Assembly (NCBI RefSeq): GCF_009914755.1
Contig: NC_060935.1
Length of the DNA: 64,000 bases
Direction: 5' to 3' (one strand)
From: the human T2T-CHM13v2.0 reference genome, Homo sapiens
Of the stretch, positions 1-13,209 are shown one piece after another. Each line of letters opens with the position of its first letter. The first letter of the stretch is position 1. The notes under the pieces are model-generated. The model had not been told where the DNA came from. It did not search any database and was given only the letters and a program-made list of their open reading frames with translations. The position numbers and the translations under genes are program-made.

Positions 1-420
1 TTGTTTGTTTTTTTCTTGTAAATATGATATAACTAACTCTTTTGCTTCAACCAAATGTTGGAATATATTGTAAAGGCATTTATGGAACATAAAATTTTAA
101 ATCATTGTTGAATATAGGATGGGAAACTTGAGGAGATGCCATCTTGCTACTAGAACTTAATTAGAGAGAGTATGCAATGCATGTTGATGATATGAATAAA
201 AATGTAGATTCTAAAATGCAAGTCAGAAGTATACTGAAAATATCTTCTTTAAAATGCATTGTTCAGCCTAAATTAGGAGTAAAGATAAAGTTAATGTTAT
301 ATGCAAACTTAGACAGGAACCCAAAGTCAGTATATATAATTCCCTTGAAAGCATAACATTATGGGCTTAGAAAATTTTTTAGGAAAAATTAACTTATGAT
401 ATTCACACAAAGATATTATT

Positions 421-490
421 GCTGCTAAACAAATTGCAGAGTTTCTCAACATTAAGCTGCTAAACAAATTGCAGAGTTTCTCAACATTAA
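421..490 (+). repeat. Perfect 35-bp tandem duplication
   Basis: GCTGCTAAACAAATTGCAGAGTTTCTCAACATTAA occurs twice (421-455 and 456-490). Confidence 0.97.
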
Positions 491-540
491 GCCCAATTTT
501 TCTAATATAAAAATACCAGAAAGAAGAGGAAGAATAATTT

Positions 541-843
541 CTTTTTTTTCTTTCTTTTTTTTTGAGATGAAGTCTCACTTTGTCACCCAGGCTGGAGTGC
601 AGTGGCGCAATCTCTGCTCACTGCAATTTCCGCCTCTGGGCTCAAGGTATTCTCCCACCTCAGCCTCCTGAGTAGCTGGGATTACAGGAGTGCCCCACCA
701 TATTCACCTAATTTTTGTATTTTTAGTAGAGACAGTGTTTACCATGTTGGCCAGGCTGGTCTTGATCTCCTGACTTCAGGTGATCCGCTCGCCTCAGCCT
801 CCCAAAGTGCTGGGATTACAGGTGTGAGCCACCGTGCCTGGCC
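541..843 (-). mobile_element. Alu (S-type)
   Basis: PolyT followed by reverse Alu consensus. TSD AGGAAGA(A/T)TAATTTC. Confidence 0.95.
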
Positions 844-994
844 AGGAAGATTAATTTCAAATGTCATTTCTACAGTCAATCCACCTGTGATCCCAAATTT
901 ATTTCTATTTTTCTCTCTATAGGTTACAGTCATATTTTCTTTAAAGGAAAGATTTATATTGCAGAAGGACTATATGGTCTTTTCTGTGTCTTAG

Positions 995-1135
995 ATTAGT
1001 ATTTCTCAAATGTTCCTGTGCATATAGAATGCGGGGGATCTTATTAAAATGCAAATTCAGATTCAGTAACTCTGGGTTGGGACCTGAAATTCTGCATTCC
1101 TAACAAGCCCCTGATGATGCTTTGATGCTGGATAT
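995..1135. mobile_element. MER5-like hAT-Charlie MITE
   Basis: Signature ttaaaatgcaaattc...ctgaaattctgcattcctaacaagc. Confidence 0.7.
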
Positions 1136-1393
1136 GTGGAGTAGGAAGGTTCCAGATATCGCATGTGATTTGAAGAATTGCTGTGAATATGAAGTACCAA
1201 GGCTGCGTTAAAAATGTACAATTGAAATTGACTGACAAGCATATTAAAGGCTTTTATAGATCATTCATCAATGTACAAAGCCCTAAAAACCTGAAGTTGT
1301 CTTTTAAAATCTAATGTTCTTTCACTAAAATATTGCAAAGTCTTTGTTACAATAACTTACTAGATCCACTTCCAAATAACTTCATGCCTTTCA

Positions 1394-1714
<321 letters not shown>

Positions 1715-2805
1715 TTAAAACTGTCAAAAAGAATTTTACTTCCACAAAGACAAGATGTCTTTTTTACAACAAATTATTAAATCCAAGTGACTTTGAGTTC
1801 TTAATATTATAATTAATCATTTGAATTTTTCAATATTTTATAATGAATTATTTGCTTGCATAATTTACATGGAATTACTGCCAGTCCTTGTTATTATTGA
1901 GAAATAAATAATATAACTTTTTAACTTGAGGAAAGATTAGCTTTTTCAAATTTGTACGAAATGCCATATGGGCTAGTGATAGCCTTGGTTTGGATAGTTT
2001 ACTAAATAAAGAATAAAATTACCAGTGGAACTCATCTGCCTGGTCTCAAGCTCTTGATATCCTGAAATTGCTCGTGTGGTTCAAATAATCCATATATAGT
2101 CTGACCCAGGAGAGGATTTTAATGGTCCACCAGATAGATTGTTAAAAGGATACCTGTGGTACCAAGGAAAACAGGATTCTTGGCCATGGATCTGCCTTCT
2201 GGGTACTTAGGAAGACCAATTACCAAGTCTTCACGGGAAAAATAGGAACTATTGACCTGCATGGCATAGAACCCTGGAATTGGAAGCTTGTCCAGGGTCC
2301 AAGGCAGCTCCAGCTATTATATTAAGAGTTTCTTTATCCCTTCCCCAGTAGTCTGCACTCCAGCCATTCAAATAACCCACCTTCTCCCTCCTCCTTTCCC
2401 TTTTCCTTCTTTTTCTGCCTCTACTACTGATCTCTGTGTAGCTCAATTAGTAAGAGAATCTGACTGGACTAATAAGGTCACTCTTGTTCCTGCTGGACAA
2501 AACTCTCCTAAACCCGGACTTGTGTCAAAAGAACCCCTTGGGAAAACTCTTCTAACCAGGGGACAGTGGATGGGGACCCTTCACTTACAGGGCTGGGGAT
2601 AAAAATTGACTGTGTAGCGAAACTTTTGAAAACAGTTGTTTGTTTAAAAACACTCTTGACGGAAATTATCTTTATAAACAACATTCATTTTCCTGACTAT
2701 AAAAGCAGTATCTGCTTGTTTTAGAAAAATATAGAAAAAAGTAAAGAAGAAACATAAAATAATCACTGTCCATTTTTGTTGTATTTTCTAGTTAAATATG
2801 TTTGT

Positions 2806-3111
2806 GGCTGGGTGCATGGTGGCTCATGCCTGCAATTCCAGCACTTTGGGAGGCCAGTGCAGGCAGATTGCTTGAGCCGAGGAGTTCGAGACCAGCCTGG
2901 ACAGCATGGTGAAACCCCATCTCTACAAAAAAAAAAAAAAAAAAAAAAAAAAAATTAGCTCGGTGTAGTGGTGCATGCCTGTAGTGCCAGCTACTTGGGA
3001 GGCTGAAGTGGGAGGATCACTTGAGCCTGGGCAGCAACCTAGGTACAATGAACCATGATTGTGCCACTGTACTTCAACCTGGGTGACAGAGCGAGACCCT
3101 GTGTCAAAAAA
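2806..3111 (+). mobile_element. AluJ
   Basis: Full dimeric Alu with an expanded middle A tract. Confidence 0.93.
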
Positions 3112-4338
3112 TATCTATATCTCTCTAAATATAATATATATACATATATATGTTTGTGTGTGTACTTACATGCATATTGAAAACATATATAACATTTGAG
3201 ATTATACTACACATATTCTTTTTTCCTTTATTTTGTGAGATTTTTTTCTAAGTGATAAAAAAATTCTTCATAAACACTTTTGCTAACTAGATCCCTCATC
3301 TTCCGACAAGAGATGCGCTATTATCAGCAACTTCACTATTGTGAGGCAGATGTGGATTTTAACCAGACTTCATCTGTATGACAATATTGGAGGGGTAGCT
3401 GTGGGGACAACTCACTGTATTGTGCCTGGGGTTTTTCACCCCCAGACCTGACAGGAAAAATAGCTGGTTTCTGTCTCCAGGTCAGCTCTGGCAGCCGGGA
3501 CTCCATCCACTGAACACAGGCTCCAAGAGGGGGAAGGACTGGCACGGGGATGTGGCGCACCTGCTTCCAGGAAGGAGCTGGTGGTAAAGGGTTACAGGAT
3601 TAGAGAGCTAAGCTGAAGGGATGCACCTGGAGGCAGTCCTGCATGCTGGATTTACAACAGGAGCCTGGGCTTCGTATAAATGAGTAATGCTTCATGATGC
3701 TCTTTTCCGAGCAAGCTGCAAAAATTGGCAGGGGCCCTTCAGTGTGCTGTCGATGTGTCTGGAATTCAAATAATTTGATTCTGAGATACAATGACAATGG
3801 GAAGCAAGGCATTACCTTGCGAGAATGATGGCAGAGACAGCTGCTGCAACCAGCATCCATGGAAGAGGTTGCGCGAACAACTGTTCTCCCTTTGCCGTCC
3901 CCCTGAAATCTCTATTATGCCTCGCTGCTACTGCCCTTACTCAAGGGCATTAAATTAAAAAGTAATGTAGCTGGTAATTCTTCCTTTCTTTTGCCCCAGT
4001 TCAGGCAGTGAAGAATGGGTAAAGTGAAATAAAAACCTTGACGGAAACTGATATGTCTCTTTAAAAAAATGATGCTGACATTAGACACAGCTCAGGAGGG
4101 TACAATTTGAATATCGGGTGGCATTGCAACGTACAGCATCACTTGCTTTCTTTGCTTTTAAATTTGTCTTTGTTGGCTGAACACGTTAATATTTTTCCAA
4201 GGTGTAATAGCTGGGAGGGTTCCATCAGGAATAACAGGAGATCTGGTGAGCACTGGGTTCTTTTATCTTCCAAATCATAAGGCATTTTGCTTGTGCTGGT
4301 TGTCATTTCCATTAGAAGAACTGATAAGCAGATTCTGA

Positions 4339-4712
<374 letters not shown>

Positions 4713-5963
4713 GCACTTTATTTTTTTAAGTCTTTTTTTTTTTTTTTTTTTTTTTTTGTCTAGGCCATAGCATTCTGGAGAAGAGCTCTAGACAAGAACT
4801 GTGAGCTCTTAGTTATGATTTCAGATTTGCTGTTGTGGCTTGCTATCTCTGGATCTCCTTTTTTCCATCTAGAAAAGGAAAAGTGTTGGGCTTTCCTCTC
4901 CAGATCCCCAATTCCCTGATTCTGTTATCTAATTTGATAATTTATTACTAATGGTAGCATTGGCAAAATTGCCAGGTATTTTGACTCCACCTTTCCTACA
5001 AAAATCAGTCTTTTAAAAAGAATTTGGAAAACAACATTTTGACTTTTTCTTAACCTCATAAATACTTGGTTCTCAGAATGTGAACATGTAAATAGTAATG
5101 GCAACCAATTACATAGCATTTACTGTGTAACGGGTATGGTTCCAATGTTTCATTTATTCTCACAACAACACTGTGAGGTATGTAGACAGATAAAAATTAT
5201 TCTTCTAGCTTTACAATTGCTAAGAAATAACGTATAAGATGTCCTGTCTCTGCTATGGAAGTAGCAGATAAAAAATCATCAACGGCATGCCCCTAGATCC
5301 AGATTTTCTCCTAAATTCATGAATTCAGGGTAAAACCTTGGACAAAAAGCCAATGTCCAAGGAGCACAGATAAATTCAGCAGTGGTATCTGTTCACTTTC
5401 ATGAAGACTGTCCAGGAACGTGGTCACAGGTTCACACTGACCTGTCTGGATGAAGGTGTCTTTCTTGCTACAGAGTTAGGATTGCAACCGGCCTGCATGG
5501 AGAACAGGATTCCTTCCTAATTAGCAATTGCTTACTTTGCAGCTGTTGCTCCTCAAGCCAGAGCAACCCACTGGTGCACAGGGGAATACTGGTGTGCCTA
5601 GAAGGGGTTACAGCGAGCCTAAATCATCGACACCCTTGGCAAGGCTGTTGGGCCCCAGCAGCTTCCCCGCCGTACTGCTGTATTCCATTCTGTATGTGCC
5701 AAGTTACAGGAATGAGTGGGAAACACCAGTAGAGAATGTATTCTCTCTTTCCTATTTGCTGTCACTGAGAGTGAGAATACAACCAAAATATCCATTTCAC
5801 TTCAAGGTCAGGAATTCTTCATGGAACAAAAAAAGAGAAAATCATGGATAAAACAGAATAGCCACTCAAAAGAATCCAGAGTTATGCCTATTCCAATATT
5901 AAGGAGTTTCTTCAAGAAAATGAAATCATATTTACTTAGGGTTTCTCTTTTTCTCTCTTTTTT

Positions 5964-5965
<2 letters not shown>

Positions 5966-6008
<43 letters not shown>
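5966..6008. repeat. (TG)n microsatellite
   Basis: About 21 TG units. Confidence 0.97.
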
Positions 6009-6011
<3 letters not shown>

Positions 6012-6357
6012 AAGCAAGGTAAACTGTACTTCTTGTACCCAAAAATACTTTGAAAGACCAAAAGTAATGGGTAGGTCAGCCCTCTGGCAGTTATTGCTAC
6101 CATCTTGTATTACCACTCGACAATAGTGATCCAGAAATGGTGCCAGGGGAGAATCTACTCAGCTGGGCCTCTCTCGTTCCACACAATCTAGGGAGTCAGG
6201 TTCCCAGCCTTGCAAGTCTAGATGTATGATCTTATCAGTGTCCCAGAGAAGACAGGCTATGGGAGGGCAACCCATACAAACCAAACTCAGGCAAGGTTAA
6301 ATTATAGCCCAGAATGCGATGTCAACATTCTGAAATTAAATTATCCAGGCAACTGGT

Positions 6358-6510
6358 AGCTACTCAGGAGACTGATGTGGGAAGATTGCTTGAACCCGGG
6401 AGGCAGAGGTTGCAGTGAGCCGAGATCACGCCACTGCACACTGCAGCCTGGGTGACAGAGCGAGACTCTGTCTCAAAAAAAAAAAAAAAAAGGAAAAGAA
6501 AAAGAAAAAA
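6358..6510 (+). mobile_element. 5'-truncated Alu (right arm)
   Basis: agctactcaggagactga...ctctgtctcaaaa with flanking ccaggcaactgg repeats. Confidence 0.9.
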
Positions 6511-6715
6511 AAGCCCCACAAAACAAACAAACAACAAAAACAAAATGAACAAAATGATTACCCAGGCAACTGGACACTTCTAGGGAACTCTTCCTGCAGG
6601 GAAACTAGGAGAGAAGCCAAGCTAGACCAGGAGGTCATTGAATGAGTTTTGAGGCTGTTGAGAAGGCTCTTGAGTGAATCTGAACAAAGGGAAGAGGCCT
6701 AGAAAGTGTCCCTGA

Positions 6716-6835
6716 GGGTGGGGCACAGGGTGGCTCATGCCTGTAATCCAGCACTTTGGGAGGCTGAGATGGGAGGATTGCTTGAGCTCAGGAGTTCGAG
6801 ACCCACCTGGACAACATAGCAAGACCTTGTTTCCA
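6716..6835 (+). mobile_element. Alu left monomer (FLAM-like)
   Basis: gtggctcatgcctgtaatccagcactttgggagg. Flanking repeat agaaagtgtccctgag. Confidence 0.85.
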
Positions 6836-7149
6836 CTTTTTTATAAAAATATTTTTTAAATTACACAAAAAAAGAAAAGAATAAAAGAAAAGAAAGTGTC
6901 CCTGAGTTGGTGATTGGATGGCCTGCTAGGCACAGTGCAAAGTGCTTTATATATACTGTGTTATTTAATTTGGTCCTCATAACAATATGTAATACTCTGT
7001 TATTATCCCCACATTACACCTGAGGAGACAAGACCCAGAGAAGTTAAATTGTCCAGTGTCACACAGCCGTTGTTTATGGTCAAAGGGTACAGAAGACTGT
7101 ATGTTTATATATTTCTAGCTCTGTCCAGTAAGAGACCATGAGTTTTGTA

Positions 7150-7830
7150 AAAATAAGCTTTATTGAGGTATAATTTACATATGATAAAATCCACCCATTT
7201 TAAGCAGTCAATTCAATGAGTTTTAACAAATTTACAGTTATGTAATCATAACCACAGTCACCATATAGAACAGCCCCATCCAACCCTTATCTCTAGCTCT
7301 TGACAATCACAGATTTGTTTTTGGTCACTATAGTTTCCCCTTTTCTGGAATTTCATATGAATGGAATAATGCAGAGTTTAGTGTGCCTAACTGGCTGCTC
7401 TCACTTAGTGCAATGCTTTTGAGACCCATTCATGTCGTATTTGTCAGTAAAATTCATGTTGTATTTTGCCATAAAAAGGAAAAAAACAGGTACAGTCATC
7501 CATTTGTGTGTCTTCTTTAGTGAAGCATCTATTAAAATCATTTCCCCATTTTAATTGATTTGTTTTCTATTACTGAGATGTAATCACTCTTTACATATTC
7601 AGGATACAAGTACAAGTCTTTTTTCAGACACGTGTTTTGCAAGTATTTTCTCCCAGTCTATACCTTGCCATTTCAAAATTCTTTTGAGTGACTATTCTGT
7701 TTTATACATGATTTTCTCTTTTTTTGTTCCATGAGGAATACCTTGCCATTTCTTTTTCTTGATGGAATCTTTGCAAAAGCAACATTTTAAAATTTTGGTA
7801 AAGTTCATAATTGTGTTTTCCTCTTCCTAT
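7150..7830 (-). mobile_element. Old L1 (L1M) 3' fragment
   Basis: ctttattgaggtataatttacata...aattcaatgagttttaacaaat is typical of L1MD/ME 3' ends. Confidence 0.75.
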
Positions 7831-8582
7831 TGAGACAGAGGAAATCACTGGCTTAATGTAAATTTTTATAAATAATTTATTGGATTGGGCGTGGTGATTC
7901 CCAGGCTGTGCATTTATTATACATTCAGAACCTGTATAAATGGTGTCTTGAGGTTTTGCATTCTCAGGGAAAACTTTTGTTTTCTCTCATCCAGAATCTA
8001 GACAGAGGTTGCAAACTTCCTTGACATCACTCTGTGCCTGTGGATAGATTTTTTTTCCCAGTCCACCCCTTCACTGTGGATGTAGCCCTTTGCTAGCTCT
8101 GCCTTATGTAGGATTCTCACTTCCAACCACCCATTCACAACAATCCTCAATGTATTCTCCCTGCATGGAGCCAGATGGTAGTGGCCAGTAACTCCCCAGG
8201 GCATCTCAGTGCCAGCTTTATGCAATGTTTCTCACCTCTATTTATTTCTGGACCTGATGTTTTCTATATTTGTTTTTCCTGCAGCTCAATTTTGCGTCTA
8301 GGTATCTGGATACGTTTTATTCATCATTAATAGGTGTTGTGGTTATCTTAGGCTTCCATTTTGCCCAAACTAAACATTCTCCAGCTTAGGTTTTACTTCA
8401 TCTTTGTGCACATCTGGATCTGACTTATTTCACCTTCCCCTGTTGGGTGATGCTGGGTTTGTGCCTTCCTGTTCACCTGGGTTTCATTATAAGCCATGGT
8501 AAGTAGAATCAGAAGATTCACATTCCTTTCTAATGACCCCAGTTGCCCAACAGTTAAGACCAACTATCTTTTCTCTCTCTCT

Positions 8583-8869
8583 ATTTTTGAGACAGAGTCT
8601 TCCTCTGTCACCCAGGCTAGAATGCAATGGCATGATCTGGGCTCACTGCAACCTCCATTTCCTGGGTTCAAACAATTCTTCTGACTTAGCCTCTGAGTAG
8701 CTGGGATTACAGGCACCTACCATCTTGCTCGGCTAGTTTTTGTATTTTTGATAGAGACGGTGTTTTACCATGTTGGCCAGGCTTGTCTCAAACTCCTGAC
8801 CTCAAGTGATCCACCTGTCTTGGCCTCCCAAACTGCTGGGATTACAGGCATGAGGCACTGTGCCCGGCC
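8583..8869 (-). mobile_element. Alu (S-type)
   Basis: Reverse Alu consensus. Confidence 0.93.
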
Positions 8870-9152
8870 ATCTTTTCTCTTTAATCACTGGGTAATACAG
8901 GAAAGATTCTGTCTATATTCAAATGAGTTTTTTCTTTTCTCAGTAACTCATTTCCCCTGATTACACTAAGCAAGTAAAACATTAGAGAACACAGCAAATT
9001 GTGTTGCAATAAACAACTAAGACAATATTGCTTCAACAAAAATCCTGCACAAGATGGTTAAAAAAGTCCCTATTATTAGTAGTAATAATAAAAACTTTTT
9101 TTAGTGCCAACGAAGTCATTTTAGCTACCTTTGAAATATATCTGCAACCTGT

Positions 9153-9561
9153 TGACATAGTTTGGATCTGTTTCCTCACCCAAATCTCTTGTTCAATTGC
9201 AAACCCCACTGTCGGAGGTCACGCCTGGTGGGAGGTGATTGGATCATGGGGGCGCTTCCTTCATGAATGGTTTGGCACCACCACTTTGGTGTTGATCTCG
9301 TGATAGAGTTCTCACAAGATCTGGTTGTTTAGAAGTGTATAGCACCTCCCCGCCACCTTCCTCCTGCTCTGGCCATGTGAAATGCCTCGCTTCCCTTTCA
9401 CCTTCCGCCATGAGTAAAAGCTCCCTGAGGCCTCCCCAGAAGCAGATGCCACCACACTTCCTGTACATCCTGCTGAACTGTGAGCCAATTAAGTCTCTTT
9501 TCTTTATAAGTTACTCAGTCTCAAGTATTTCCTTATAACAATGCAAAAATGGCCGAATACA
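9153..9561 (+). mobile_element. MST-type MaLR solo LTR
   Basis: TGacatagtttggatctg...gggaggtgattggatcatgggg...gaactgtgagccaattaa...aatACA. Confidence 0.85.
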
Positions 9562-9589
9562 CTTGCCTACTTTTCTCTATCCCCATTTT

Positions 9590-10265
9590 AACACCTTAAT
9601 CCAAGCCACCATCATCTCTCACCTGGATCATGCAACAGCCTCCCAGCTCGTCTCTCTAGGGTCCTCCATGCACACACAGAGTGATCTTTCAACACACTAA
9701 TCAGAGTATGTATGTCACTCTCCTGCTTAAAAGATTCCAAAGTCTTGCCACTGCAGTTAGAATAAAATCTGAGCTCATCTTCAGCCTTGTAAGATCCTAC
9801 ATGATTTGGTCTCATGTATCACCTTTCCTCCAGCTACTTTGGACTTCTTGATGTTCTTTAAGCTCGACAAGTGGGTTCTTGACTTAAGACTTTCACTTGC
9901 CTGTTTCCTCTGTTTCTGAATGTATGACTGAATCTTTCCTGACATTCGGTCCTAGCTCAAAGCCACTGCCTCACAAAGGCTTTCCCTGACCACGCCCTCC
10001 CTCCTCTAAAACGACATCTCTCTGCATCTCTTGACATTCTATCGCATTGCTCTATTTTATCCTAATTCATTGATCACTTTCTGAAATAAATTTGTTCATT
10101 TACTTGTGTATTTATTTATTTTGTTTCCTCCCACTAGAATGTAAGTGCTGTGGTAACAGGGACCTTGCTATCTTGCTCACCACTGTATTTCCATTGCCAA
10201 GAACAGTGCCTGGCCTTTTGGAAACGCTCAATACATATTTATTGAATGCATGCATGCATGAATGC
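9590..10265. mobile_element. L2 LINE fragment
   Basis: ccactagaatgtaag...cagtgcctgg...ctcaatacatatttattgaatg is the L2 3' signature. Confidence 0.75.
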
Positions 10266-10505
10266 CAGCAACTGTTCTCATTGCTTCATGTAGATTACCC
10301 ATAACTTTTACAATGATATGCTAATGTAAGTATATTATCTTCATTTACAAATGAGAAGACTAACTAGAACCACATCCATTTGTCTCCAAAGATGACTCTT
10401 ATACATTTACACTCCCTCCCATTTTGTTAGGTAACATTAAATGCAATGAAAACATTTATTGTTGGCAAATGCTTTTAACACTTGGTTTACATTGGCTATA
10501 TTAAT

Positions 10506-11131
10506 ATTTTTGTTTTACACAGGGTCTTACTATGTCATCCAGGCTGTAATGTAGTGACACAATCTTGGCTCACTGCAGCCTTGACCTCTCAGGCTTAAGC
10601 TATCTTCCCACCTCAGCCTCCCCTCCCCAGTCCCTCAAGTAGCTGGGACCACAGGTGTGTGCCACCAGGCCCGGCTAATTATTTTATTTTATTTTTTGTT
10701 TATTTATTTTTTTTTTTTTGAGACGGAGTCTTTCTCTGTTGCCCAGGCTGGAGTTCAGTGGCACAATCTCAGCTCACTGCAACCTCTGCTGCCGGAGTTC
10801 AAGCGAATCTCCTGCCTCAGCCTCCTGAGTAACTGGGATTACAGGCATGTGCCACTATGCCTGGCTAATTTTTGTATTTTTAGTAGAGACAGGGTTTCAG
10901 CATCCTGGCCAGGCTGGTCTTGGACTCCTGACCTCGTGATCCACCCCTCTCGGCCACCCAAAGCGCTGGGATTATAGGCATGAGCCACCGCACCCAGCCC
11001 TTGTTTTATTTTTTATAGAGACAGGGTTCTTGCTATGTTTCCCAGGCTCATCTTGAACTCTTGGGCTCAAGCAATCCCACCTCAGCCTCCCAAAGTGCTG
11101 GAATTACAGGCATGAGCCAGCGCACCTGGCC
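10506..11131 (-). mobile_element. AluJ with a nested AluS (about 10681-10999) in its middle A-rich linker
   Basis: Right arm, a complete second Alu, then the left arm resumes at about 11001. Confidence 0.9.
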
Positions 11132-11712
11132 TAGGATTTGAATTCTGTCTCTTTTTCCTTAAAATAAGTGAGAAAGTAATTTCCAGCAGTCTGAAAATAT
11201 ATATATGTTATTTGGTTCTATAAAATTAAGTTTTGGGAGATAAACAAATTAATGAAGCTAGAGGCAATATAGTCTAGAATGAGATGACCTCGATGAATTA
11301 AAGTCTTGACTTTATCCCAAGCTTCAGTTTCCTCTTCTGTAAAATTAAGATAGAAATATTTGCTGTGTAGAGTTGGTGTAAAGACCATAAAATACTTAGG
11401 ATAGTGCATCTACCTGGCAAATGCTCAATAAAAGTCATGTTTAATAACATTAATGGTGATAATGCTGCCAAGAATTAGAATTTTATTGCTAGAAAACTGT
11501 AAGAGACAAGTTATTCACTCAGTGAGAGGATGGGCTGGATAATTTCAAAAACTTTTTCAGCCTTCATCTAAGATTGTATTATTCTGATCAGCGCTTTTCG
11601 AACTCTGGAGTTTTTAACTTTCAATCTACCATGGATTGACACTTTTGTACAATATAATAAAAAGTGGATGACTGGGAAAATAAGAATTTAAAAATGCATA
11701 CAAAATAAAAGC

Positions 11713-12260
11713 TTATTGTATAACAAATTGCCCCAAAACTCAGTGGCTTAAAACAACAATTATTTATCTTGTATCACTTCTGTAGGGCAGAAATTGAAGA
11801 ACAGCTTGGTTGACTGATTCCAGCTTGGGGGTTTCTCACGAGGTTATATTCAAGATATAAGCTGGGACTGCAGTTGTCTGAGGCTTTGACTGGGCCAGAG
11901 GCTCTGCTTTCAAGGTGGCTCATTTATAAGATGGGCAGATGAGTGCTGGCTGGTGGCAGGAGGCCTCAGTTCCTCTTCACCACATGGAGCTCCATGTAGA
12001 GCTGTCTGAACAGCTTCAAGGCATGACAGCTGTTTTTTTGTTTTTGTTTTTGTTTTTGTTTTTTTTTCTCCAGAACAAGTGATCCAAGAGACAGCAAGGT
12101 GGAAGCAACAGTCTGGATCTAGCCTCAGAAGTCACATTCCATCATTTCAATATCCTATTGGTTAGACAAGTTAGCCCTATTCCATGTGAATGGAGACAAC
12201 ACAGGAGGTGAAGCCAGGAAACAAGAATCACTAGGGTCACCTTGGGGAGTGGCTACCACA
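11713..12260. mobile_element. MLT1-type MaLR LTR
   Basis: taacaaattgccccaaaactcagtggcttaaaacaac...ggctaccaca. Confidence 0.8.
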
Positions 12261-13209
12261 AATGCTTCCTCCCAAATTCCATACTTACCTGTCTGTAAAC
12301 CAAAGTCTGACTACCAAATTCCTAGAGATCATCTACTGTAAGCTCCTCAGTTTGCAAATGAGGAAACTGAGACCTACCTAAAGACACTCCACTAATTAGT
12401 GGCAAAATCAGGTTTCCTGATTTCAGTGTTCTTTCAATCACATCACATAGGCTATTTTACCTACTATATATCTATTTTGCCTGGGATGTAGTTACGGGGG
12501 GCATTTGCCTTGAGCTGCTCATTAAGTGATTTGAATGAATGGGGTGGGGTGGGGAGGCTGACACAGAGATACGGCTGTGGGTTTGCTGAGGCTCACAACA
12601 AAGCCATCTTTAAAGTGGTCATCAAATAGGATAATTCAGTGAGCCCAGTTCAAAAGCATCACAATGTGACAATGGAAATTGACTTGATTTAGCTTCAAAG
12701 ATTCTATTAACTCGGAGAAATGATTTTCCGGGAGAATTAATACATGGCCACTGGTAGAGAATGGATGTGACTTCTTCATTGCTTTGAAACATCTTTTAAC
12801 TCAATTCTTAGATGTACATACAAAACATTATAGCTTAGATTCCTACCCCTATAATATACACATTTCAGGGCCAGATGATTACATCTTGATCCTAATTACA
12901 AAGGAAATGCAGAATTTCTGGTAATCTCATTTTATAAGGTTGAGAAATAACCTGCTTCAGAAATAAGCACTAAGTGAACCCTTCTAAACACATTCTTCCC
13001 ATTATGGGGAGTGGGTGTGGAGAGGGGAATTACTTGCTTGAGGTACATTTGTAAGGTCAAAAGTACATTAAAGTTGTGACAAATGAACAGTAGTACATTA
13101 CTGAATTCTACACTATATTTTTTCCTCTCTTTATCTGCCTTGTTCTTCTCCTAATCAAACCAAAAAGCCCAAAACAAGAAAAAGCCGAGATTTGTGAGTT
13201 AAAAAAAAA

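Noticed and set aside
602-922. Numerous ORFs with [19 protein letters not shown]-type peptides, here and at other Alus
   Set aside because: These are translations of Alu sequence, not genes.
3558-3573. E-box plus STAT-like TTCCAGGAA in a GC-richer patch
   Set aside because: Isolated short motifs are expected by chance and nothing else supports them.
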